A DNA stretch of 64,000 nucleotides from Sedimentisphaerales bacterium (GTDB taxonomy: Bacteria > Planctomycetota > Phycisphaerae > Sedimentisphaerales > SM23-30). The stretch spans positions 96,001-160,000 of the forward strand of contig CAXXFK010000013.1 in NCBI GenBank assembly GCA_963663965.2. Reading direction: 5' to 3'. The translations under genes and the position numbers were made by a program. Shown piece by piece: positions 38,841 to 49,185 of this stretch. Positions within the stretch are counted from its first letter, which is position 1; each line of letters begins with the position of its first letter. The notes under the pieces are model-generated. The model ran no database searches. It worked only from the letters and a program-made list of their open reading frames with translations, and was not told the DNA's origin.

Positions 38841-40103
38841 ATGAAACGGATCATTTTGTTCGTTGTATGTGTGAGTGTGATGATGGGTTTGCGGCCGGCG
38901 GATAGTTCGGCACAAAGTAAACCAACGGTTGAAGAGCGGGTGAATGGGTATCTGGCGGAGGGACAGATCAGCCAGGGGGCGGCGGCTTTGGCGACGGAGC
39001 TGAAAAAGAGGCCGGCTGATGAGGCGCTTCGGTTCGGGTGTGGTTTTATGCAATTCGCGGAAGCGGTGCAACGGCTGGGGCAGTCGTGGTATCGATACGG
39101 TGTCCGGTTAAACCCGGAGGTGGCCGGGATGATCCCGGTGTTGCGATTACCGGTGCCGATTAATCCGGAGCCGGAGCCGGTTAAGCACGAGCAGGTGTGT
39201 AAGGTTTTAGCGCGATTTGTGGATGACCTGATGGTCGCGGATCGGACGCTGGCCCCGATCAAAGGGGATGCGACCCGGCTGGGTATCCGGCTGGGACAGG
39301 GGTATCTGGATTTTGATGGGGATGGCAAGACCAGCGAGCCGGAGTCTTTATGGCGGATTTACGCGAGTGTGAATCGACAGGCCCGGGTGACGCCGGAACA
39401 GGCGGCGAATTTTCTGATCCGGCTGGACGCCGGGGATGCTTGTTGGTTACGCGGTTATTGTCATTTGATGTCGGGACTGCTGGAGTTTTATCTGGCGTAC
39501 GATGATGCGGAGTTATTCGACCATACCGCCCACCTGTTTTTCGCGCAGCCGGAAACCCCTTATCCGTTTTTGCGTCATAATCGGGAAGAGGGACGTCCAA
39601 TTGATTATCAACTGATTTCAGATTTTATTGCGATGATCCATTTGATTGATTTTCCAGTAAAGGATGCCGGGCGGAGCGCGGCGGCGCTGGAGCATTTCAA
39701 GCAGGTGATCCAGCTCAGTCGTCAAAGCTGGGTTCTGTATGAGAAGGAGACCGATGATGATCATGAATGGATCCCGAATCCGAAGCAGACGGGTGTGATA
39801 CCGGGTGTCAGGGTCAATGAAGAGATGGTGGAGAACTGGCGAATGTTTCTGGATGAGGCAGAGGGGATACTGGAGGGCCGGGTTCTGATTCCGTTCTGGA
39901 GAGGGACCGGGGATCAAGCGATGGGAGTAAATCTGAAACGGGTATTCATGGAACCGCGCCGGTTCGACCTGGTGCTATGGGTACAGGGAACGGAAGCGGC
40001 ACCCTATCTGGAAGAAGGGGTATTGACACAGCCGGATTTCTGGGGGCGGTTATGGGAGGCTTTTAATGGGAATTTTGTCGGATATGCGCTGTGGTTTAAT
40101 TGA
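38841..40103 (+). CDS. Secreted conserved hypothetical protein
   Basis: SD AAGGAG, signal peptide; DAGD..WL.GY.H, ETDDD.EWIPNP.Q motifs. Confidence 0.85.
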   Translation: MKRIILFVVCVSVMMGLRPADSSAQSKPTVEERVNGYLAEGQISQGAAALATELKKRPADEALRFGCGFMQFAEAVQRLGQSWYRYGVRLNPEVAGMIPVLRLPVPINPEPEPVKHEQVCKVLARFVDDLMVADRTLAPIKGDATRLGIRLGQGYLDFDGDGKTSEPESLWRIYASVNRQARVTPEQAANFLIRLDAGDACWLRGYCHLMSGLLEFYLAYDDAELFDHTAHLFFAQPETPYPFLRHNREEGRPIDYQLISDFIAMIHLIDFPVKDAGRSAAALEHFKQVIQLSRQSWVLYEKETDDDHEWIPNPKQTGVIPGVRVNEEMVENWRMFLDEAEGILEGRVLIPFWRGTGDQAMGVNLKRVFMEPRRFDLVLWVQGTEAAPYLEEGVLTQPDFWGRLWEAFNGNFVGYALWFN

Positions 40104-40279
40104 TGAAGAAGAGTGAGGGAGACTGTTCTTTGGAATGACATCTGATACAGAATAGTCATCCATTGGTATGATATCAGGTGGCAATAGAATATCTTTAAGA
40201 GTACTTCCAAACAACTTTGGGGGTACTCTTACTTTTTTAACTGGTAATTCGAGTGGTAACGGGTATTATTTTTCTGGTA

Positions 40280-40639
40280 ATGCGAATTAAAACAAAAGCA
40301 CAATTTTTGTTATGTTTGGTTCTGAGTGCGTCTATATTGACAGGCTGTTTCAATCCTTCCCGATTGACTTATCCGCCCATGAAGCGTGAGATTGTCCAGC
40401 AGTATGGCGAACCAACCTCTAAATATCAGACAGAGAATGGGGGTGAGATTTGGGCCTACCGGATTCCGATTTTGACCAAGGGTCAGTATGAGGAACTGGC
40501 AGCGAAAGATCCCAAAGTGGCCAAGAATCACCGAGTCCCACTAGATACGGTTAACGAAATGAGCGATACTTATTATGAGTTTGAAATTGAGTTTGACCAG
40601 CAAGGTTATATCCGTAACTGGCGGCGAGTTGATCGATGA
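40280..40639 (+). CDS. Small lipoprotein (BamE/SmpA-like fold possible)
   Basis: LTGC lipobox; YGEP..GGEIWAY..FD..G. Confidence 0.7.
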   Translation: MRIKTKAQFLLCLVLSASILTGCFNPSRLTYPPMKREIVQQYGEPTSKYQTENGGEIWAYRIPILTKGQYEELAAKDPKVAKNHRVPLDTVNEMSDTYYEFEIEFDQQGYIRNWRRVDR

Positions 40640-40711
40640 AACCCAATGTATTTTTTGAATAATCAGCAATCAAGGCCTGCCATTTATCTTATGATAACTT
40701 TAAGTTTTGAT

Positions 40712-40812
40712 TTATATCCAATGGGTATGAAAATTCCCGATCGCTCGCAAGATAAGTATTTACCCGTTTAGAACTTATATCACGGTCCAACGGGCATTTA
40801 CCATTGTAAGCA
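40712..40812. repeat. Second copy of the ~100-bp element
   Basis: Colinear with 35181-35281. Confidence 0.85.
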
Positions 40813-40833
40813 TTAAAAACTAAGGAGACAGCG

Positions 40834-41190
40834 ATGATCATCGTCAATACGGAAACGATACCAGGAATGCGGATTAAGCAGGTGTTGGGCCTGGTGCAAG
40901 GCAATACGATTCGTGCCAAACATATCGGGCGTGATATCGCGGCCGGGTTAAAGAACCTGGTGGGTGGTGAGTTGACCGGCTATACGGAGTTGCTGACCGA
41001 ATCGCGCCGTCAGGCGGTGGAGCGGATGATGGCTCAGGCGGCTCAGTTGCGCGCCAACGCGATTGTCAATGTCCGGTTCAGTACCAGTTCGATCACCCAG
41101 GGTGCGGCTGAGTTGTATGCCTACGGTACGGCCGTGCTGGTCGAGGCGGAAACCGATGACGATGATGATACGGATGAGTCGATCATCTAA
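40834..41190 (+). CDS. YbjQ/UPF0145 family protein
   Basis: GRDI.AGLKN.VGGEL..Y..LL.ESR..A..RM; YGTAV. Confidence 0.93.
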   Translation: MIIVNTETIPGMRIKQVLGLVQGNTIRAKHIGRDIAAGLKNLVGGELTGYTELLTESRRQAVERMMAQAAQLRANAIVNVRFSTSSITQGAAELYAYGTAVLVEAETDDDDDTDESII

Positions 41191-41205
41191 GGAGGTCAGC
41201 CTGTT

Positions 41206-41682
41206 ATGGAACAGATTCTTATCCCACTGGGTTTATTGATTCTGGCGTTTTTTACCGGCCGGGCGGCCGAAAACAGTCATTTTAAACGTTTGCAGCAGCG
41301 TGAAGAGGCGATGCGTGATATTCTGCTCAGCGATCTTAAACGTTTTCCGGGGGGCGCCGATGGCAAGAGGACGCCCAGTATGGTGGTTGGGCAGGTCGTG
41401 ATCGCCACGGATTATCTGAAAACGTTTATCGCGAATATCAAACATATTCTGGGTGGCGAGCTTAAAACCTACGATAAATTGCTGGAGCGAGCCCGCCGGG
41501 AAGCGATTTGCCGGATGATGGAGCAGGCCCGGCAGTTGGGCTACGACGCAGTCTGTAATATCCGGATCGAGTTCAGTAATATTGGCAGCAATACCGGCAA
41601 TCGCAAACATGAAATGGTGACGGTGGAAGCGATGGCGTACGGTACGGGTTATTGCCGGACAGGACAATCGGCTTATGAGTAA
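41206..41682 (+). CDS. Membrane-anchored YbjQ-like protein
   Basis: N-terminal TM; DY.K...GGE.KTY..LL.RARREA..RM; AYGT. Confidence 0.88.
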   Translation: MEQILIPLGLLILAFFTGRAAENSHFKRLQQREEAMRDILLSDLKRFPGGADGKRTPSMVVGQVVIATDYLKTFIANIKHILGGELKTYDKLLERARREAICRMMEQARQLGYDAVCNIRIEFSNIGSNTGNRKHEMVTVEAMAYGTGYCRTGQSAYE

Positions 41683-42457
41683 ACGGCGTGATAAAGACCC
41701 ATCGGTCTTTAACGAGCCCTGGTTGAAAGAGAATGGATCCGAGACGGATTCTGTGTCGCCGGACAAGCGTCCGCTGACCCGGCGGCAACTGGATAAACTG
41801 GAAGATGAGTTAGTTGAGCATACGGTCTGGGATGAACCATCGCTGGCTGATCGAGCCGGGCGGGGAGCGGATACCGAGGGATTAACCTGGTCGCAATGGT
41901 ATCTGCGGCGGTGCGGCCAGACGAGTCTGGGGTATTCGTGGCTGATGACGTTGTTGATCGCGGTCGCTGCCGGTCCATTTGCGGTTATTGCCGCACTCAC
42001 GAGCGGTCAGGCGGTTGGCATACCGGCCATTGCCATGATGTTTTATGTGGTGCTGTTGGGCCCGATGGTGGAAGAGATCGTCAAGACGGCGATGATCGCC
42101 TATGTGGTGGAGAAGCGCCCGTATCTTTTGCGGAGTCGATTGCAAATATTTTTGATGGCATTGGCCAGTTCGCTGGCATTTGCCAGTATTGAAAATCTGA
42201 TGTATCTGAACATACTGATCAAGGACCCATCGCCGGTGATTTTTCAGTGGCGCTGGACGGTATGCACGTTTATGCATTGCGGTTGTACGACTATCGCGGG
42301 ACTGGGGTTAATGCGTTTATGGAAAGGGGTAAAGGATCGGCGGGAGAAGGCGAATATGACCGGTTTATATCCCTATCTGGCGACTGCCATCGTTTTGCAT
42401 AGCGCGTATAATGCCTGGACGGTTATTATGGAGCAGACGGAATTATTGAAATTTTAA
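41675..42457 (+). CDS. PrsW family intramembrane protease
   Basis: P.VEE..K, FA..EN..Y, H, LH..YN motifs. Confidence 0.88.
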   Translation: MSKRRDKDPSVFNEPWLKENGSETDSVSPDKRPLTRRQLDKLEDELVEHTVWDEPSLADRAGRGADTEGLTWSQWYLRRCGQTSLGYSWLMTLLIAVAAGPFAVIAALTSGQAVGIPAIAMMFYVVLLGPMVEEIVKTAMIAYVVEKRPYLLRSRLQIFLMALASSLAFASIENLMYLNILIKDPSPVIFQWRWTVCTFMHCGCTTIAGLGLMRLWKGVKDRREKANMTGLYPYLATAIVLHSAYNAWTVIMEQTELLKF

Positions 42458-42464
42458 CAGCTGG

Positions 42465-43145
42465 TCATGCCTGTGCGGTTGAATAATTCAGGGTGTATTC
42501 CATCTGGAATTCGCGTATTTTATTGAGTTTGCTTTCGCCGGCGATTGACTGGGTAGTAATCAGGCGGGCGCCTTTGGATTCGATTTTGCGTATGGTCATA
42601 CCGGGATTATCGGAACCGGTCAGATCGGTGGCATCGATTACGAGAGAGACTTTTCTGCGCCGTTGACGCAATCCGAGAACCGTTTTCAGGATGGCGTGGT
42701 CCAACCCGGTACCGAAGACAATGTATTCATCCGCCTTGTATTCGCTCAGGAGCCGGTCGGCTCGCGGCAGTTCAAAGGGATCAGGCAGGCGTTTATCGAA
42801 GATGACCTGATCATATGACGAGAGCAGGTCTTGAGGCAGATCGAGGCGGTTTTCGGCTTCATATTCGATGCGGTTGGCCCGGAGGGTATAGGGTATTTTG
42901 CGGGCGCCGCGTGATCCTTCGATACAGAGGGTATGGAAATCGGTGGTTTCATCCGGTGTATGATCGGATCGAAATGTTAAGGCCGTGGAAATCACGGGAA
43001 TGGATTTGACCCGTGCCCAGGCAAACAGGCGCCGGATATTTCTGAGCAGGTTACGCCGGTCTTTGCCGTCATCGATAAGCAAATCGTACTGGGTATCCAC
43101 ATCAATCAGTACACGCCGTTGTCTGAATCGAAAAAACTTGGCCAT
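42465..43145 (-). CDS. Isochorismatase/cysteine hydrolase fold protein (degenerate)
   Basis: IDVDTQYD, C..GS.GA, FDKR, IVFG, V.DA. Confidence 0.8.
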   Translation of the reverse strand: MAKFFRFRQRRVLIDVDTQYDLLIDDGKDRRNLLRNIRRLFAWARVKSIPVISTALTFRSDHTPDETTDFHTLCIEGSRGARKIPYTLRANRIEYEAENRLDLPQDLLSSYDQVIFDKRLPDPFELPRADRLLSEYKADEYIVFGTGLDHAILKTVLGLRQRRRKVSLVIDATDLTGSDNPGMTIRKIESKGARLITTQSIAGESKLNKIREFQMEYTLNYSTAQA

Positions 43146-43458
43146 AGTCAGGCTCCTCCGCCCCGAAAAACATTACTTACCAGAATTTCGTTTGGGGTAA
43201 TAGAAAATAATTATGAAAACTACAGCAGGAAACGGGCTGATTCTGGATTGGATAGCAGATCCATAATCAGTCATTACCAATGTTTCCTGTTGTTAGTAAC
43301 CTCTATTGTTATGTTAATAGAGCTGTTTATGTAATGTTTCGGTTTGTTTCTGGATTAAATTAAAGTAATTCAAATGAGCCTGATAATGCCTGCAGGGCTG
43401 CCCAGGCAGTCCTGTTTAACCAGTTGATAAAATTCTGGCTTTATAATATGATAGGCTT

Positions 43459-44115
43459 ATGAAATCAGAAAATGTCAAAGAAGTACAAGAAAAGCCTCAC
43501 ACGAATGAAGCTATCGCGGTAGATATCGATAAGTGTTTGGAAATGATGGACTTGGGGGATTTATTTAAAAGTTATGGTCCGGTGGAACTGGAAGTGGGTT
43601 CGGGGAAAGGGACTTTTCTGTTGAACCAGTCCCGTATTCATAAGGATCGCAACTACCTTGGGATAGAATGGGCCAATGAATTTTACCGCTATAGTGTGGA
43701 CCGGATGCGGCGGTGGAATATAAGAAATGTGCGGGTATTGCGAACGGATGCGCGTGACTTTATCAGACGTTATGTTCGCGATGGCGCGATCGAGGTGTTA
43801 CATATCTATTTTCCAGATCCCTGGCCGAAGAACAAGCATCATAAGCGTCGATTTTTTCAAAGGGAGAATATTTTGCAGGTCCACCGCATACTGGCACCGG
43901 GGGGGGAATTGCGGGTGGCAACAGATCATCGGGATTATTTTGAATTGATGCGGCAGGTGATGCTGAGGGATGAAAAAGTGGCGCCGTTATTTGAGGAGAC
44001 AGATTTTTATCCGTTGGATGCGGCTGAGGAGGGGGAATTGGTTGGGAGTAATTTCGAGAGGAAGTATATCAAAGAGGGGCGGGAATTTTATAAAATGGCG
44101 CTGAGGAAAATATAA
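43459..44115 (+). CDS. trmB: tRNA (guanine-N7)-methyltransferase
   Basis: ELEVGSGKG, YLGIE, FPDPWPK..HHKRR, ATD, SNFERKY. Confidence 0.96.
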   Translation: MKSENVKEVQEKPHTNEAIAVDIDKCLEMMDLGDLFKSYGPVELEVGSGKGTFLLNQSRIHKDRNYLGIEWANEFYRYSVDRMRRWNIRNVRVLRTDARDFIRRYVRDGAIEVLHIYFPDPWPKNKHHKRRFFQRENILQVHRILAPGGELRVATDHRDYFELMRQVMLRDEKVAPLFEETDFYPLDAAEEGELVGSNFERKYIKEGREFYKMALRKI

Positions 44116-44465
44116 TATAATCCCATAAAAAAGGTGATCGAATTCTGTATTAGTAGGGATTTGATCGTATGGGCGGATTCCTGATTATCTGAGGGATTAT
44201 CTGATACTGGCCTGATTGAGAGAGTCTCAAAAAATTTTATTGAGGCGTCCATAATTTGTTAACCCGTCTGAAATTGCGGGCAAGGTTCAAATGTGAACAT
44301 TGTGGTCGGGGTTCATAGAATCAAAGAGATGGTTTGTAAAACAGAAGAATTGTTTTTATAAGTTACGACCTGGTAATAAGATAAAAGAATTTGTCGAAAT
44401 AATTCTGTTTAAAAATCAGCTCAATTCATCATTAATAGTAAACGGATATTCTCTACTGATTTATA

Positions 44466-45020
44466 ATGAAAATAGAACAAAGTCATAACCCTCCAAACGA
44501 TCAACACATAAAAGAGTTCGTGTCGTTGCTAACGGCCAGTCAGGCCCGGCTGTATTCGTATATTCTGTCTCTGTCGCCCAATTTTAACGAAGCTGACGAT
44601 CTTTTGCAGGAAACGACCAAATTGATGTGGGAGAAGTTTGGTGACTTTAAACCGGGAACGGATTTTATTGCGTGGGGAAAACGGATCGCTTATATTCTGG
44701 TTATGCAGCATTATCGTATCCGTAAGAAGGAGCAGGGCTTGTGTCTGCCGGAAAATCTGATTGAAACTTTGGAGCGAGAACAGCAAAAGCATTCGGACCG
44801 CACGATCGATTATCTGGTATTCTTAAAGGAGTGTATGAAGAAATTGAACCGGCAGGATCGCCGCTTGCTGCGTTTACGTTATCATGAAGAATGCAATGTG
44901 CGGGAGATCTCCAGCCGTTTTGGTTTTACGGTCCAGTATATTTACAAAAACATCTCCCGGATCCATCAGTTGTTGCTGGGATGCGTTCAGAAACGGATTT
45001 TGTTCCAGGAGCAACGCTAA
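44466..45020 (+). CDS. ECF sigma factor (planctomycete/verrucomicrobial type)
   Basis: L..YI..L.P....ADD.LQET...MW.KF..F..GT.F.AW; L.LRY..RI...L..CV. Confidence 0.92.
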   Translation: MKIEQSHNPPNDQHIKEFVSLLTASQARLYSYILSLSPNFNEADDLLQETTKLMWEKFGDFKPGTDFIAWGKRIAYILVMQHYRIRKKEQGLCLPENLIETLEREQQKHSDRTIDYLVFLKECMKKLNRQDRRLLRLRYHEECNVREISSRFGFTVQYIYKNISRIHQLLLGCVQKRILFQEQR

Positions 45021-46750
45021 TGGAATTGGCAGAACCGATTAAAGTAGAGATTATGGATCTGACGATCTTATCGCTGGAAGGCCAGGTAACCCGAGAACAG
45101 TACCAGCGGTTGATTGATCTGCTGCAAATCGAACCGGCAGCGCGCGCGTATTATTTTCAGGTGTTGGCAATCAGCGAATCGGTGCGTAAACTGGACTGGG
45201 ATACTGAATTGTTGCGGTTGAGTGAGGGGGATCTCGAGAAATCAGGTGATTATTGGAAATTCTGGCAGAAGATGCTGGAGCGGGAACAAACCGCGCGGGC
45301 TTTGACGATTCCCCGGCCGTCTGAATCGGACCCAAAAGAAAGTCGGTCGGCCATCGTTGATATACCGGAAAAAGCCGGCCCGTATCGGGGTAACAATGGC
45401 ATACTGGCCGCGGCGGTCATTGGGCTGGCGCTGGTCTCGATGTTGCTGATCTACGATCGATTTACGGCATCCACCGGGACCTCGGCTGTGATAACCCGCA
45501 GTTTACAGGCAGTATGGGGTGAGACCAGAAAGTCGCTGCATGCAGGGGATCCTTTACCCGCAGAGCGGCTCACATTAAGAGAAGGTCTGGCTGAAATTCA
45601 ATTCGAGAATGGCGCGGAAGTGGTCCTGGAAGGTCCGGCCGAGATACGGGTATTGTCGGATAGCCGGATGTATTTGTATCATGGGAAGTTAACCGCCAAG
45701 GTGGGCCATGAGGCGCTGGGATTTGTGATTGATACTCCCAGTGGTAAAGTGCTGGACCTGGGAACGGAGTTTGGTGTTGGCGTAGATCTGGAGGAGCGTA
45801 CACAGGTCCATGTGTTCCGGGGTGAGGTGATGGTTTATCCGATGGATTCGAAGTCGAATTACCGGCTGGAGCCAGGCAAGGCCCGGTCCATCAGCCGGGA
45901 TGGCACGACGGCAGAAGTCGATTATGATCCGGTGACGTTTATCCGGGAAAAAGAGCTGACTGTCCAGCTGGCCGCACGGCAAGGGGATGACCGGGCCCGT
46001 TGGCGGGCGTTTGTGTACGACCAGCACCGGGATAAATCGTTGGTGGGACATTATTTCGATGAGCAGGATATCAAGCGGCCAGCTATGCTGCTGAACAGTG
46101 TTTATGGTGAAGGTGTTTCTCAACCGGGCGTTTTTGGTACGGAAGGGCGCAATAAGCCCGGATGGGTTCAGGGGCGCTGGCCGGGAGAAATGGCGGTACG
46201 ATTGGAGCGGGACAAACACCAATCGATTGTCATTCCCGCGCAGGAACCGCTTTCGTTGCATGGTCCGATTACGATTGCCGCCTGGATTTACTATCCCAAC
46301 GAAAAACAGATGGGCGGCCATCTGATTTCCTGTCGACAGGATAATGATGTTAATTATCAATATTCGATATTTGACAGTCATTACAGTGTTTCCGAACAGC
46401 AGAATCGATTTGAATTCCTGCGATATGAAGATGACGTGCAGAATCGATCGTACAGCAAGGTGTTTTATCAGCAGCCGAACACCTGGTATTATTTTTGCGC
46501 CACGCATGATAACGAAACTTTAAAGTTTTACGTGAATGGCGAATTATTTGACTTATCGTCCTATGCCAGCCAGGTCGCGCCCCTGACCGCTGAGATCGTT
46601 ATCGGATCGATGAAACGGGAAGGGCGTTATGTGATGACCCAAGGCGATTTTGACGGCATTATCGATGATCTGATGTTATTTGACCGTTGTTTGACGGATG
46701 TTGAGATCAAGGCATTTTATGAAGCCGGGAAACCGATTTCCGGCGATTAA
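45020..46750 (+). CDS. FecR-domain anti-sigma factor with C-terminal LamG
   Basis: TAATG coupling with sigma; TM; GAEVVLEGPA, DLGTEFGV, VHVFRGEV; FDGIIDDL. Confidence 0.9.
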   Translation: MELAEPIKVEIMDLTILSLEGQVTREQYQRLIDLLQIEPAARAYYFQVLAISESVRKLDWDTELLRLSEGDLEKSGDYWKFWQKMLEREQTARALTIPRPSESDPKESRSAIVDIPEKAGPYRGNNGILAAAVIGLALVSMLLIYDRFTASTGTSAVITRSLQAVWGETRKSLHAGDPLPAERLTLREGLAEIQFENGAEVVLEGPAEIRVLSDSRMYLYHGKLTAKVGHEALGFVIDTPSGKVLDLGTEFGVGVDLEERTQVHVFRGEVMVYPMDSKSNYRLEPGKARSISRDGTTAEVDYDPVTFIREKELTVQLAARQGDDRARWRAFVYDQHRDKSLVGHYFDEQDIKRPAMLLNSVYGEGVSQPGVFGTEGRNKPGWVQGRWPGEMAVRLERDKHQSIVIPAQEPLSLHGPITIAAWIYYPNEKQMGGHLISCRQDNDVNYQYSIFDSHYSVSEQQNRFEFLRYEDDVQNRSYSKVFYQQPNTWYYFCATHDNETLKFYVNGELFDLSSYASQVAPLTAEIVIGSMKREGRYVMTQGDFDGIIDDLMLFDRCLTDVEIKAFYEAGKPISGD

Positions 46751-46780
46751 TATTAACTTATTATAGTGGAGGTTACTGAG

Positions 46781-48991
46781 ATGAATAACCGAAGGACCAG
46801 AATGTTTCTCTGTTTTGCACTCCTGCTAGCTATCAGTCTGGCACAGGGGGCATTGACTAAAATAGACGATTTCGAAAGCTACGCGTTAGGACGAGTCGAT
46901 GAAGTGACCGGCGGCAACTGGAAAGGGATTACGAGCAATACCGGTTTTGCTTCGATCAACACCGATGACGCCGACGCGGCTAATCAGGTACTTCGATTAC
47001 AGCAATATGGCAGTCAGGCTCGGGGTCTTTACTGTAACTTGAGTGAGGAAAACTCGATTGCAGAAGGCGCCACTCGCACGTTGTATTTTCGATTTCGTGT
47101 GAGCGGAACCGGGACCAATCACGCTATCGGTATGACCAGTGTTGACGCTCCAACCACCTGGGGCGATTACAGGGCTCAGATTGTATTTAACGCCGGTAAT
47201 CTTCAAGTTCGTGATGGCGGTACGGCTCGCAATGCCACCAATTTTACCTTGCAAACCGGTACGACCGAGCCGTTTTACAATGCCTGGATGGTGATCGATA
47301 ACGGGAGCGATACCTATCAGCTGTATGTTCATCAGAATGGCAATACCAGCGCGACGGAAAGTGACCGGATTATGGTGGGGACTCAAGACACTTTTGCGTT
47401 TCGAACCGGCACCACAGAAACGCTCGATTGTTTTTTTGAATTCTGCAATACCGGCGGTGAGACGGTCTGGGTGGATGATGTTTATATCATGGATGGCGAA
47501 ACGCTGATCCATCCAGCTGCTGCCCATGAGCCGAATCCGGTTGATGGCGCCGTGGATGTGTTATCCTCGGCTACCCTGAGCTGGAAGACCGGTCTGGATC
47601 CAGTTGATCAGGAAGGTCCTAATCCGGCGATTACCAGGCATTATGTCTATTTTGTCGCAGATGCCGAACCGAATTTTGCAGGTGTGGAACCGGTAGTTAT
47701 TGAAGCTTCAGGCGATGGCGGGACCTATGCTCCCACGCTGGCGATGGACCTGACCTGTTACTGGCGGGTGGATGAGAGCGTCAACAATTCACTGCCGGAT
47801 GATCCCAATACGATTATTGGAGCAATCTGGAGCTTTGAAACGCTCAAATCGATTCCGGTGATCATGACCGATCTGGCGAACGAACGGGTTTTTGCCGGCG
47901 AAACTGCGGCATATACCTGTGCATTCAGCAGTCTGTCGGAGCCGACCGTCGTCTGGAAAAAATATGTAGATGGTGTCAACGATGAGACCCTGATAACAGA
48001 TGGTGACTATAGTGTGGCTCTGGAATCAACGGGAACCGATTATGTCGCCAGTCTAAATGTTGCGAACGCTGAAGAGGGGGACCAGGGATGGTATTATTGT
48101 TTATTGACCAATAAGAGCGGTCAGTCAGCGGTTGAGTCGAAACATGCGGAATTGGTTATTAAGAAATTGCTGGCGCAGTATGAATTCGAGAATAATTTTG
48201 CTGACTCCGTGGGGACCAGTCATGGCATGGGCAGCAGTTATCCCGATCCGAATACCGGCGGTCCTGTGTTTGTTGCCGGCCGGGTAGCAGGGACACAGGC
48301 GGTCAGCTTTGACGGAGTCGATGATTATGTTGACCTGGGTCTGGACGCTTACCCCAAGGCCGGGTTGGGCAGTGGTCTGGATAGCGCGACGCTGACCTGC
48401 TGGATTATGCCAACCAAGGAAGGCATTTTTATGTCCAACTATAACGATGGCGGTATGACCGGATTCGCATTCAGTATGACGAGCGCATCGGAAGTCCGGA
48501 TCAATGTCCGGGGTGAAAACGCCGATAATACCGGGGCGATCGATATTGGCACTCAGTTGGGCAAGCCGTCCACGGACTTCAATATGATCAATGAGGATCA
48601 GTGGCACTTTGCCGTGGCAACCTGGCTGGCCGGCGGCCGGATTGAAGTTTATGTCGATGGTGTTTACGTGGTTGGCGCCAACGCCGGTCTTCCGGTGAAT
48701 TATGCGGACTGGATGCGGGCGGTCACCCTGGGCGCTTCGCGCACCGCAGCGGACCGGAATGTGCTGGGTACCTTCTATGGCGGCGCCATGGATGATTTCC
48801 GGGTCTATAATTATTTCATGGATAAGTATGAAGTCGCCGAACTATATTATGAGGCAACCGGCCAGAGTGTTTGTATCGATCCTTATGAAAGCGCTTTGGA
48901 TCTGAATCAAGACTGCGTCGTTAATCTGGGCGATCTGGCCCATCTGGCCAGCAGCTGGTTGAGTTGCGGTTTGTATCCTTATTGTCCATAA
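46781..48991 (+). CDS. Secreted Ig + LamG protein with dockerin-like tail
   Basis: Signal peptide, YWRVDE, DQGWYYC, GAMDDFRVYN, DLNQDCVVNLGD..WL. Confidence 0.88.
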   Translation: MNNRRTRMFLCFALLLAISLAQGALTKIDDFESYALGRVDEVTGGNWKGITSNTGFASINTDDADAANQVLRLQQYGSQARGLYCNLSEENSIAEGATRTLYFRFRVSGTGTNHAIGMTSVDAPTTWGDYRAQIVFNAGNLQVRDGGTARNATNFTLQTGTTEPFYNAWMVIDNGSDTYQLYVHQNGNTSATESDRIMVGTQDTFAFRTGTTETLDCFFEFCNTGGETVWVDDVYIMDGETLIHPAAAHEPNPVDGAVDVLSSATLSWKTGLDPVDQEGPNPAITRHYVYFVADAEPNFAGVEPVVIEASGDGGTYAPTLAMDLTCYWRVDESVNNSLPDDPNTIIGAIWSFETLKSIPVIMTDLANERVFAGETAAYTCAFSSLSEPTVVWKKYVDGVNDETLITDGDYSVALESTGTDYVASLNVANAEEGDQGWYYCLLTNKSGQSAVESKHAELVIKKLLAQYEFENNFADSVGTSHGMGSSYPDPNTGGPVFVAGRVAGTQAVSFDGVDDYVDLGLDAYPKAGLGSGLDSATLTCWIMPTKEGIFMSNYNDGGMTGFAFSMTSASEVRINVRGENADNTGAIDIGTQLGKPSTDFNMINEDQWHFAVATWLAGGRIEVYVDGVYVVGANAGLPVNYADWMRAVTLGASRTAADRNVLGTFYGGAMDDFRVYNYFMDKYEVAELYYEATGQSVCIDPYESALDLNQDCVVNLGDLAHLASSWLSCGLYPYCP

Positions 48992-49185
48992 TTTAAGATT
49001 TCGAGCTGAATGGACAGGGCAAAGAATCGCTCTGTCCATTCAGATTTAATTTTTGATGTTGAAGCCAGTATTTCTGGCGGCAAATTAGATATGCAAAAGA
49101 AGATATACCGGCTCAAAACCGGGAATAGACCGGTTATGAGTTGATTAACCGGCTGAATAACGTGGATAACAAGCAAGGAAGTCAA

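Noticed and set aside
44891..45019. Upstream start for the FecR gene
   Set aside because: Overlaps sigma by 130 bp; ATG 45020 has AGGAG and TAATG coupling
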